A model generated the notes under the pieces. The model worked only from the letters and a program-made list of their open reading frames with translations. It did no database searches and was not told where the DNA came from. Of a stretch of 64,000 bases of DNA, positions 10,218 through 22,099 are shown piece after piece. The DNA lies in NCBI RefSeq assembly GCF_006345805.1, contig NC_042999.1, forward strand, positions 158,906,001-158,970,000, in the 5' to 3' direction. Every line of letters starts with the position of its first letter. Within the stretch, counting starts at the first letter, position 1. Source of the DNA: Octopus sinensis. Taxonomy: Eukaryota. A program made the position numbers and the translations under genes.

Positions 10218-10679
10218 GTACACATTAATATTATAATAAGCCGTACCGGAAAATGATTATTTTTAGAGGTTAACCTGGCTTTGTATCTATAAATTTTGTT
10301 GTATCTGGAGAAGGCGGTTATGTCTGCAGCTAATTGTTTTCGGATTATTGGTCAAGATTGGAACTTATATAAGGTATATTATATTTCACCTTATGGTTAG
10401 GTTTAATATAGTGTATATTTTTATTTGTTTCTATTGTGATCATTACCATTAACTGTCTGACAATGTTTATAAATTTTTCCAAACACTATCCATTGTGAGC
10501 TATTTTATAGCATAATTTATAGCCTGTATAGCGAATTATCTTCTGAAATAAGTTAACGATGTATAATTCGCTCGGGTCTCAAGCTTCAGTCCAATCGTAT
10601 GACGTTATTAAACAACTTCAAGTCGAAACGAATTATCGTCAATTTTTCAAGGATCGCCCAGCATACAGAATAATATTAA

Positions 10680-10935
10680 TGTTCTTGATTTAATTAGAAT
10701 GTCGTGGGAAAGAATCACAAGATGGGTTCTTGAAGTCATGCCAATCAGCAGGGGACCAAGAGATAGAGTAAGAAATGCGATCGTTAGATTATATCCATAA
10801 TTTCATTTGGTCATGCTTGAGCGTCCAGCCGGAAATCTAATGCCGGTTTCTTCTGATTGGACCCAACGGAGGATGTACATGGGGAGACTACCCACACAAT
10901 ACCACTTTCAGAAGACAGGGCAGAGAAAATATATG
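10680..10935 (+). mobile_element. Degenerate RTE-type LINE 3' end
   Basis: Translation resembles an RTE C-terminus (..RGPRDRVRMRSLDYIH..WS..). Confidence 0.45.
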
Positions 10936-11178
10936 GTTGGATAATCACTAATTAAAATAAAAATTGAATTATTAATCTATTTTTAAAGAAAGGAATTTTA
11001 GCTACAGACAGGTGTAATTCTGTTATATGGAACTCTTTATTATCTATTTTACTGAACTAATTCGTAGTTGATAATCTAGCATTCCATAACGGCAACCTAG
11101 TATCCTGTTGGATATTAACAGTCATGTAACTTAAGATATATATTCACGCCATTAATAGTTATTTAGTTTGCGCGGAAA

Positions 11179-12482
11179 TTGGCAACTAAGTTCCCACGGT
11201 TTTTTTAAATTTCGGGATTTATTGCGTTTTTGAATTTTGGAATCTATCGTGTTCGAGAATTCTATTTTTGAATCATTTTGGAATCTATTTTGTTTGTGTT
11301 TTTTTTTTTAGTTATTTTTAGCTAAATTTTGTTTATATTCAGATCATTAAAATGGTATGTCAAGTTAAGAAAAACGAGCATTTTGCGACACCTCCTTCAT
11401 TTTGATTTTTAATCAAGGTTCTAAGGCCAAAGAGCTGCTCGCGACACTTGTACTGTGTATGGAGAGAGTGCCATAGCTAAAAGAACCGCTTGTGATTAGT
11501 ATGCCAAGTTCAAAAATGGAAATTTTGACCTCAAAAACGCACCCCGTTCTGGCCGTCCAGTTGAGTTCAATGAAGATCGATTAAACCAACCTTTGCACGA
11601 AAATTCTCGTCAAATGACAAGGGAAATGGCAGGGAAAATGGATTGCTCCCACACTGCTATAGAGAAGCATCTTCACTCTATGAGAAAGGTTCAGAAGTAT
11701 GGAACATGGTTTCTGCATGCTTTAAGTGGCAACAACAAAAATCAACGAGCTAAAATTTCCGCTGATTTCCTTACTCGTCACCGCTCAACTCATGGACACA
11801 AGCAACGATTTCTTTACCGAATCGTTACTGGCGACTAAAAATGGTGCTTGTACATCAATATGAATCAGCGTAAGGAATGGCTTAGCACCAGTAAACAAGC
11901 GACACCGCGAGTGAAACAAGATCTTCATCCGCGTAAAACGATGTTGTGCGTATGGTGGGACTGGGAAGGGGTTATCCATTACGAATTACTTGAACGGAAG
12001 CAAACGGTCAGCGCGGAACTCTAGGTTCAACATATGGAACGACTCAACACGGCTATTCAAGAGAAAAGACCTAATCGGCAGCATTGAGTTCTTCTGCTGC
12101 ACGACAATTCATGCCCTCATATCGCCAATATGACCAAGAAAGCCATTCAAAACCATGGCTGGGAAGTGCTGCCACACCCGCCGTACTCTTCTGATTTGGC
12201 ACCAACGGATTTCCACCTCTTTCGATCTCTTTCAAATACCTATGCGCGGAGTTTCGTTCAATATTGATGCAGAATTGAGAGCTTGGTTGTGTCAATTTAT
12301 TCGAGTCAAAATCGGGCGATTTCTACGAACGAGGTATTGAAAATATTGTTGAACGTTGTGAAGAAGTTGTAAACAACAAGGGTGAATACATTATCGATTA
12401 ATTAGTTGTAATTTTTTCATTAAACCTTTTATAAAAAAATAAATTTTAAAAAACTGCGGGAACCTAGTTGTCAACCCAATAT
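11179..12482 (+). mobile_element. Mariner (Tc1/mariner, D,D34D) DNA transposon, decayed
   Basis: TIRs TTGGCAACTAAGTTCCCACGG.. (left, outer end eroded) and ..GCGGGAACCTAGTTGTCAACCCAATA (right). Confidence 0.9.
11352..12401 (+). pseudogene. Mariner transposase pseudogene
   Basis: Fragments carry IVTGD, LLHDN and PHPPYSSDLAPTDFHLFRS motifs; stops and frameshifts present. Confidence 0.9.
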
Positions 12483-13166
12483 AAAAATCTGTTTTTAAGC
12501 TGGTAACTATTACTTTTTTCTTTCAAATTACTGATCTGGTAGTCGCAAGGGTTAATTTTTGCCTGTTAAAAAGTAAACTTTTCTTCAGACAAACCCTCCA
12601 TCAATAACCCGTAGAAAGTTGAAAAGATTTGTTAGTAAATAAGTAGATTTTCTTCTGTTCAATCTTTACGTAATAAATCTTGAAACGTTTTGGATATTTT
12701 CAAACCTACTTTTCGTTTCATACTGGAAATATCTAATTGAAAGTGTTTCAAATCCTTGTTTGTGTGAAAACACTTTTACGGTATCTGAAAGTGAACTTGC
12801 TTTCATTGGTCGTGTTCGTATACGTTTGTAGAACCAATGCATCTATCATATTCTTACGATGAGGACTTCGGCCGTTTCACTTAGACATTGAATCTCTTCT
12901 TTGTGGATTGCATCAGAATATTTAACGAAGTTTTCAAATATGCCCGTTTAATTTTCTAACTATTCGCAAATTCGGACGGGATCAATGTTTCATAGATAAA
13001 GGAGTAAAATAGGAATTTAAGAAAATGTGAGTTCATAAACGAAGAAATTTCTCGATATATAAGTTGAATTTGCGTAAGTGAAGTTTCCACTGTTGTTACT
13101 CTGCGCAAACCTTGTTGATTATTCATGCAATTGATGAAATTGCTTCTACAGTATTCTTTATTTTTT

Positions 13167-13482
13167 TACTTGTTTCAGTTATTTGACTGCGGCCATGCTG
13201 GAGCACCACCTTTAGTCGAACAAATCGACCCCAGGACTTATTCTTTGTAAGCCTAGTACTTATTCTATCGTCTCTGTTGCCGAAATGCTAAGCTATGGGG
13301 ACGTAAACACACTAACATCGGTTGTCAAACAATGGTAGGTGGACAAATACAGACACACAAATGCATACATACATTAATGTATATACGACGGGTTTCTTTC
13401 AGTTTCCGTCTACCGAATCCACCCACAAGGCTTTGGTCGGCCCGACGCTATAGTAGAAAACACTTGCCCAAGGTGGCACGCT
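13167..13482 (-). mobile_element. SINE family A, 5'-incomplete
   Basis: TTGACTGCGGCCATGCTGGAGCACC...CACTTGCCCAAGGTGGCACGC. Confidence 0.85.
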
Positions 13483-14179
13483 GTATAAAGCACAGATATA
13501 CAGAAATATTAACATATAATTGTTAATTGATTACTAACCGAATAAAATGCTGCACAAACGCATATATTTTTGCGAAGAACAGGCATTACATTCAAAATCC
13601 TATCATAGTTCAATATCTTCAGTATCGTAGACAAAATCAGAGGTAGTGAATTCTTACAGACACTTCATTCATCATTTATTAAGTAATTTACAAATACCAC
13701 CTGGCTAATATAGTTTATTTCAAGCATAATCGATTTGCTATAATCAATGCATTTCTCGTTTTGCATAAATGATATTCTAGGTATGAAAATATCTATGCGT
13801 AAATAGAATACACCACGTATGTTCTGTGTATAGAAATAGATAATGTTATAAGCATTTACCAACATTATCAGATCCAAGTGATCTGGGATCTTATCAATTT
13901 CATATTAATATTCTTACCTTGTATCATGTTGCTTCCGTTCTTCATTTGTTTTGTGTAAGAGTAATGATGTAAGGTGGCTCAGCTTCTGGCAAAAAGAAAA
14001 AGGAAAAAGAAATTCTACATCATCTAAACACTATTATTCGCCAATGTCTGACAATCGATCTATCTATAAATCAAAAAAAACATTTGGGTTTCATCCCGAC
14101 TCATAAAGCCGTTAGCCCGGTTTCCAAGTCGTTGTGGCTCATATATTCGTCCCTGTCACCTGTATTTTTTTAATGTCAT

Positions 14180-14445
14180 TTTTGCTGAACCGCTAGGCTA
14201 TGGGGACGTAAACACACCAACACCGGTTGTCAAGCAATCGTGGAGAGGACAAACACAGACACAAACACACGCACACAAGCGCGCGCACACGCACATATAC
14301 GAGGGCGTTTTTCAGTTTCTGTCCACCAAATCCACTCATAAGAGTTTAACTCTGTCCGAGACTAAAGAAGACACTTGCCAAAGATGCCACGAAGTATGGC
14401 TGAAGCTGAAACCATGTCTTTGTGAAGCAAGCTTCTTATCACACA
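14180..14445 (-). mobile_element. SINE family A, degenerate
   Basis: GGGGACGTAAACACACCAACACCGGTTGTCAAGC...GACACTTGCC. Confidence 0.8.
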
Positions 14446-14584
14446 AACTCCAAATATGCTCTGTGCCAGCAGAAGCCTTTATCTGAACGGATTTACGTCT
14501 ATTTTTCTTACGCAGTATCCATTAATATGTGGCATTCATTTCCTTCTCTTTAGTTACAAGTACGTAATTTAACATTAGCAGGAC

Positions 14585-15187
14585 TAGTAGTTAGTTTATG
14601 TTTCTGTAAATTTATGATAACATTAAGATACTAGTAAAGTTATAATCATTAAGACAGTAAAGTTATAATCATTATAAGTTTATGTATTATTTCTATTTTC
14701 ATTGGCTTGAACTCCTCACACTGAAGATTCGAACACAGCTGATTTCTTCTAGAGGAAGAAAGTAGATAAAGGAGAGAGGAGGAAATAAACAAAGGAAGTG
14801 AAATCTCACTCTGTAATATATATATTAAAAGGCTGTTTAAGTTATTTAACCCTCAGCGAGAACATTATTTTGTCTGTTCCTCAATTACCCTCTAATTAGA
14901 AATGAATATTGTTCTACAATGGACAGTTATAACATTGTGTTTACATTGTTATCATTAGACAACTAGAATCAGTAAAAAAATGATTGAAGGGTAAGATAGT
15001 TTCTATTCACCGCTCTTAGTATTCCAGCATTGATCATCATACAAGATTCTAACAATAAAAAATTTCGTATAAGAATGCCTCAAGGTTTACTTTAAGTCAA
15101 AGCAACGAAAAATGATGTAATTAAGATTTTCAATAAAACTATTTCTGCTACAGTTAACTACTATTAGTATTCTAGTTGATTAATGCA
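14585..15187 (-). repeat. ~600-bp inverted repeat, right copy (partner 8128-8718)
   Basis: Reverse complement match; only about 2 differences over 14781-15187, more in 14585-14780. Confidence 0.92.
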
Positions 15188-15272
15188 GCGATCTGGCAGA
15201 ATCGTTAACACGCCGGGCAAACTGTTTGGTCGCATTTCGTCTGTCTGTACGTTTAAGTCGATTTTGCCTTAT
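15188..15272 (+). mobile_element. SINE family B fragment at a rearrangement junction
   Basis: GCGATCTGGCAGAATCGTTAACACGCCGGGCAAA matches the family B head. Confidence 0.75.
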
Positions 15273-15277
15273 ATAAT

Positions 15278-15399
15278 TTTACAAATTTCATTGCTTTTAT
15301 TTCAAATTCCATAAAAATTGAAATTCATTTTACTTAAAATTATAGAATATTTCATTGTGAATTTCGAATTATGAACATCCAGTTTAAGTACTATAAGCA
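15278..15399 (+). repeat. 122-bp direct repeat, left copy (partner 18667-18788)
   Basis: TTTACAAATTTCATTGC...AGTACTATAAGCA in both places, about 4 mismatches. Confidence 0.9.
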
Positions 15400-15580
15400 A
15401 TTGTAACTGAATTGATTTAAGGCTTTCTTTGATTTTAAATAATATGATTTTAATTTCATATAATCGGTTATTGAAGAGACTTTTAGTTGAAAGAACCAAT
15501 GAAACAAAACCAACTTCGAATGTGTATCTATCAACTTAATTGTATATTTATACATATAACCTTGTTTTTGTTCCATTCTC

Positions 15581-16075
<495 letters not shown>

Positions 16076-16129
16076 CTAAACCACTGGTTTGAAAGTATAG
16101 TTATAGAAAAAGAAAACATTATACTAAAT

Positions 16130-16149
16130 ATACGTTGTTTCTGTTTCAG
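16130..16149 (+). promoter_or_regulatory. Putative 3' splice acceptor upstream of the GPCR coding exon
   Basis: Pyrimidine tract TTGTTTCTGTTTCAG ending 16149, 11 nt before the ATG at 16161. Confidence 0.6.
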
Positions 16150-16160
16150 AATTGTGAAAT

Positions 16161-17276
16161 ATGGAATACCAAAATTACGAAGATTCAGAGGCATATTCTA
16201 ACCTCACCAACCAATATACCTCCGACGGGCCGCTGGATTATGATGACTCTACGAAAGGATCAATCGAAAATCTAATCATCGGATTTCTCCGGAGCTACGT
16301 GAATCCGTTAATATCTACGGTTGGAATCATTGGAAATTTAATCTCAATTTGGGTGTTTTCCGCGAAAGGTCTACGAAAATTATCATCATCAGTTTATGTC
16401 CAAGCCGTACTAGTATCTGATACATTTTTCTTGGTTACAATTTTAGCAGTATGGTTGGAATCATTCAACTACATGGCAATGCATGTAAATGGAATTTGCC
16501 AAGGAAATATTTATTTGTCATATGTGAGCAGTTTCTTGTCTGTTTGGTACGTTGTATGTATTACTATTGAAAATTACATTACCATATGTCACCCACTGAA
16601 ATTAAAAACTGTGTGTACTTTTAAGCGCGCTCGAATCACCACGCTAACTTTTGCTTTCGCAGGGCTTGTCATGTTTTCCGTCATCATACCCATAACGAAA
16701 CCACAGAAGCCTTTATATTCTCCTCATAATAGTTCCGACAAGCTCGTCTGTAAAACTATTGTAGAATATACAAATTTAATGAATATTCTTACCTATGTTG
16801 ATACGGTTATTACCATTCTCTTACCCATGATTGCAATTGTTGGCTTAATTTCCATGATTATCGTGGAAACCATTCGCTCAGTGCACAAGAAACAAATTCG
16901 TTTAGCCAATAAAGAAAATCAGTCCAAAAAACTCTCTGACGTACCACAGGTACGAGTCGCCAAATTGCTTTTTGCTATATCTATTTCATTCCTGCTATTG
17001 AACTTACCAAGCTACTGTGCACGCTTGGTGTATATTTTTGTGCCTTATGCATTTCCACACGATAGCATAACCAGTTTCACTGTATATCAATGTTTACTAC
17101 ACATTAGCTATTCCAGTTTTGCATTGAAATTTTTCATATTGTATATATTCAGTGGAAATTTTCGAAAAGTTTTATTCAAAAAATTGTTTTGTTGTTTCCC
17201 ACACTTAAGTACCGATACTCGAGCAACTGAAAGAATAAAGTTAACTACTCCCGCATTCGATATGGTTCATTCGTGA
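16161..17276 (+). CDS. Class A (rhodopsin-like) GPCR, orphan peptide-receptor type (FMRFamide/SPR/GPR139-142-like grouping), 371 aa, single coding exon
   Basis: Seven hydrophobic segments; TM1 GIIGN, ICL1 LRKLSSSVY, TM2 LVSD, TM3 Cys (GICQ) with ENYITICHP, ECL2 Cys (LVCK), TM5 ILLP, TM6 LNLP, helix-8 SGNFRK; N-terminal NLT sequon. Confidence 0.93.
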   Translation: MEYQNYEDSEAYSNLTNQYTSDGPLDYDDSTKGSIENLIIGFLRSYVNPLISTVGIIGNLISIWVFSAKGLRKLSSSVYVQAVLVSDTFFLVTILAVWLESFNYMAMHVNGICQGNIYLSYVSSFLSVWYVVCITIENYITICHPLKLKTVCTFKRARITTLTFAFAGLVMFSVIIPITKPQKPLYSPHNSSDKLVCKTIVEYTNLMNILTYVDTVITILLPMIAIVGLISMIIVETIRSVHKKQIRLANKENQSKKLSDVPQVRVAKLLFAISISFLLLNLPSYCARLVYIFVPYAFPHDSITSFTVYQCLLHISYSSFALKFFILYIFSGNFRKVLFKKLFCCFPHLSTDTRATERIKLTTPAFDMVHS

Positions 17277-18496
17277 AAGGAAGCAAACACTAGAATTTGC
17301 GGAAAAATATTTATCTAAGAATTAATTTAAACAATATCATTACGCGAACTCCATGATTGAATAATCTGCATAAACTATTTCAACAATGATTTTTTTGTTG
17401 TTTTTTTTTATTTTTATCATTCTAAGCTTTTTAAAAATCATTCATTGATTTGATGAATAACTTGAAAATCATAAATGTTCCATTGCATCAACATTTATTG
17501 TTCTGGCATAAATAATTATTTCAAAGAAACATTTTGCTTATTACAAAGTTTATTTAAATAGTTTTCAAACAGAGCTCATGAGTCACTTCCTCTTTGGACA
17601 AGATAATAAAACTGTTAAAATATGAAAAAGTGGACGATCAAGTCTATTGAAAAGCAATTAGTAAGAAACAAATCACAGCTACATTTCTTAAAAACCAAAA
17701 AGATAAACGGTTTACTATAACACGAACGATTAAAGGTTATAGTTCTCTAAAAAAAACCATTGTTTTAAAAACTTTTTAATTGCATACAATTGTATCCTAA
17801 TCTTTGTATATATGGTAGCAGTACATATACGATTACTCTAAGATAATGTTCATAATCCATGATGTTAATGCATTTTGTTTTGTTTCTATACATATTTTAA
17901 ATTATGTACTTTTGGGTTTTGATGAAATCTAAAAACTTTTCGCGAACAATAGTAAGTAACACTGAAGTTCATATTATAACAGTTTTCTAATGTACTGAAA
18001 AATGTTTACTGTTTCTCCTATTATAATTTGAAATATAATTCTATTTGCAGTTTTTTTGTGAAAATGGTTAAATTAATTCGATATTGTAACGTAAGTAGTC
18101 GGAATGTGTTCATATTTTGTTAACAATTTTATATTTCAGAATGAAATTGCCAGCGAATATCACAATGTTAAGTTTAAGCTTTTATCATCATTACTCAGAT
18201 TACATGCCAATTCCTTCAGTTAGATACAGATCCTTCAAAGTTAACTTAATTGATAAAAAAAATCGCCAAAACTATATTTTGATCTGAATGCCTATGTCAG
18301 GCTTACTAACATGTGCTGAAAAGCGCTAACCTTCTCAATTCCTTTGCATATGTTTCTCTGATTTGTTACTGCATTCTTAGCTGTTTATTGAAGGTACTGG
18401 ATACAAATGAAATTAGTTAAATAACATCCTTTTACTATAATGCATAACAATTCCATATTTGATCTTCGGGAATATTATCGTTTGTTCAAGCGAATC

Positions 18497-18528
<32 letters not shown>

Positions 18529-18666
18529 GTAATTAAGTAAACTACAGATCATTAATGTTATACTCACCTATACGTTTGCAATTTTCTTTCTACATAGTGT
18601 TTTCTTATCAGGGACATCTAAGAACGATTTGTTGAATTCACTTCAATAAACAGGCTCTTCCTCAAA

Positions 18667-18788
18667 TTTACAAATTTCATTGCTTTTATTTCAAATTCCA
18701 TAAAAATTAAAATTCATTTTACTTAAAATTATAGAGTATTTCATTGTCAATTTCGAATTATGAACATTCAGTTTAAGTACTATAAGCA
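18667..18788 (+). repeat. 122-bp direct repeat, right copy (partner 15278-15399)
   Basis: Direct comparison. Confidence 0.9.
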
Positions 18789-20462
18789 CACATATCTACT
18801 GTTTACGTGAATTGGTGTTGAGTTATTAAAGCAATGATACTCTCCAATAAGACGTAGATTATTAAGTTGACTATTAAGGAAACAATTTAGAAAAATCAGT
18901 CTCAAAGCATGAAAACTGCTTAATAGTTTTTTTTATTTACTCTTAGTACTCTGCATGCAGATGCCATTCAGAAGTGGGTGACTTAATCTTTTGTCTTCGG
19001 TCAGCCATTTGCTGTTCATATAAAACAGTTGGGTTAATCTACGATGCTGCCAGCCTTGAGGTTTTTGACCTAATGTTGTCATTATTCTTTTGAAGCTACC
19101 GTATAGGTAGAAATGCTGTAACACTACATTAAATCTAGTAGTCTTTGATTTTCACACAAATTGCTTGTAGAATTTCTTTGGATGCCCTTATATCCTGACA
19201 TTGATTTTACTTTCTTCTAACAAATCTGGCAATTTGGTCCTTTATAAGAAAATATTTTTATCATTCCTAAAATGTATTGAATGGATGCAATAGTGTCTGA
19301 TTTGTACAGATCGATGACTACCCATCGTTTCCGACAGATTCTGATCTTGGACCAGTATATTAACCATATTTTCAAGCAAATATAAATCAAGAGTAGTTCT
19401 ATGATTTGACATTACAGAACTACTCTACATCATAAAATTATTATGCCGTGAGTTTCCATATTCAATTCGTGTTGAACTCAAACAGCAATGTATCAGTAAC
19501 TATTTTTTTATTTATAGACTAGTCAGAGAAGGAGGGCAAATGTTCCTGGTATATATGGTGGGCCTCCAAGATTACTAAAGAGAGGGGGGAAGAAATTCTG
19601 ATTCCTTCATCATTCTCTAATCAATTGTCTTATTCAAATACTTGACTGAACTCTACTAGGGACATCTAAGAGCTACGAATTTATCTTAAACATGTCACGA
19701 TTTAAGTCTATTACTCAAGATTAAATACAAGCAAACCAGCGGGAGTTATCAGCTTTCCCCTTACCCTGTTTTACTCTGAATGAATGAGTTAGCCTGAGAA
19801 TATGTAGAAGATACTTACTCAAATAAATTTGCAGCTGTTTCTAATAGAATCTTTTGTTTGCGAATAAAATTTGGTGCAACGTACAAAACAAAACACTGTA
19901 ATTATTGAAACGTACAAATGGTTTCTTCGACAATGACCTACTTCAAGAGGGGTGACTCGTTAACGTTATTAGCAACATATTTCCTGTAAGGACAGAGACC
20001 TTATCTCTTAATCCTTCCTTAAGCTCACACTTCTCTTCTTTAAACTGGTTTTAAAACTTCGATAAAGGATTAGTTGCTATATACGAAGAATTAAACCTCT
20101 ATATAAATAGATTCTCTTGCGATTTTCCCGAAACACATGTATACTTAAATACTGTTAACTCTGTCTAGTTTTTGTAGAGACAGGAAATTGAGAGTTAAAG
20201 CTCATCCAGGATAGAATACTGTGTATTTCACGTTACTTTCCTTAAACAAGGACTCATAAAGAAATTTCTAATGAAGTCTGCAGATCTTTTTTTATTAGGA
20301 CTGGTGGGTGGTAATACTTCGAGGTACTCAGTTGTATATCATAATCACAGGCAATATCATAGTCAGCATATTGCAGAACTGAGTACAGGATGTGATCCGA
20401 TGACACTTCGATATCTTTACCGCTTACCTTTCCATTAGTTTAACGTCCGCTGTGTTCTGTGT

Positions 20463-20866
20463 TACTCTTTTACTCTTCTACTTGTTTCAGTCATTTGACT
20501 GCGGCCATGCTGGAGCACCGCCTTTAGTCGAGCAAATCGACCCCGGGACTTATTCTTTGTAAGACCAGTAGTTATTCTATCGGTCTCTTTTTGCCGAACC
20601 GCTAAGTGACGGGGACGTAAACACACCAGCATCGGTTGTCAAGCAATGCTAGGGGGACAAACACAGACACACAAACACATACACACACACTTACATATAG
20701 ATATACATATATACGACAGGCTTCTTTCAGTTTCCGTCTACCAAATCCACTCACAAGGCCCGGGGCTATAGCAGAAGACACTTGCCCAAGATGCCACGCA
20801 GTGGGACTGAACCCGGAACCATGTGGTTGGTTAGCAAGCTACTTACCACACAGCCACTCCTGCGTC
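20463..20866 (-). mobile_element. SINE family A, near full length
   Basis: TACTCTTT tail through CCACACAGCCACTCCTGCGTC. Confidence 0.9.
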
Positions 20867-21300
20867 TAAGTGTTATCCACTTTTCCTATATAAATATATG
20901 AAACAAAAGCAAGAAGGTTACCAAAATCACAAAAGCAGCATAAAAAGGAGAAGGCTAATTTCATTGTCGACCAAAGAATTAAAAAACATTTGAGAACATT
21001 AGAAACGTAATAGTCTATCTTTTAGTAAGAGAATTAAAATCAGAACAATTTTTTACATCTCACCATAAATTCACTTACGTACAAATAAGTAGCTGTTTTT
21101 GTTTGTTTCCTCTCAATTTCCAGAGGCTTACAAAAGACAAATATTTGAATATTATTGAAAAATTGGAAACCCCATTTACAATAGGAATGCATTGACATTA
21201 GAAATATGAAACAAATTATACTTGCAGATGTGTAAAGATCATTAACTAAATGTGAATGTGTTTGTGCTTAAAGAAATCCAATGAGAATATCACTAAGTAA

Positions 21301-21520
21301 GGTGGTGAGCTGGCAGAAATGTTAGCACGATGGGTGAAATGCTTGGCGAAGTTTTATCGGTCTTTATATTCTCAGTACAAATCCCGTCGCGGCTGACTTT
21401 GCCTTTCATCCTTTCAGGGTCGATAAAATAAGTACCTGTAGAACACTGGGGTCGAAGCAATCGTCTTACTCCCTCCCTCCCCTCATATGTGCTGGCCTTT
21501 TGCCAAAATTTGGACATAAT
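21301..21520 (+). mobile_element. SINE family B
   Basis: GGTGGTGAGCTGGCAGAAAT...GGCCTTTTGCCAAAATTTG. Confidence 0.85.
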
Positions 21521-22052
21521 ATTACCGGTGAAGAGCTGTATTTAAGAAAAAGGCTATCTCCATATACGAAAATGTATATAACTAGAGCGGATAGTCCTGG
21601 AAATTGTTACAAAATAATGTATAAATATGTATAAACACTGCCAAAATGCTTGCTTTCCATCTGCTTGAATGCAAACTTATTAAACTGAGAATGTAAAATA
21701 TGTTCTACTGGAATATGATTAACAATACAATTACTAAAAACATACAAGAAATGCATCCTGTATCGCTGGTGATCTTAGATACCTATAAGTTGTTTACACA
21801 CCTAACACGTAGTCTGAGACATTACGGCAGCTGATCGACTAGTTTCTTATGTAGAATCTTGTAAAAATGATCAGATTAGTAATGTCATTCGTGCTTTTTT
21901 CCTTTTTCCTCGACCATTTACCTATCCATATGAATTATATATGAAGCAACGTACAAAGAATATTCCTGCTTTTCTAGCTGTCACCTCCTTTTCTCCCGCT
22001 CTTTATATGTATAGCCATACCTATACACACGCGCGCATACACACACACACAC

Positions 22053-22099
<47 letters not shown>

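Noticed and set aside
18130-18170. Possible additional exon downstream of the GPCR
   Set aside because: An acceptor-like TTTCAG is present, but no convincing donor or coding signal.
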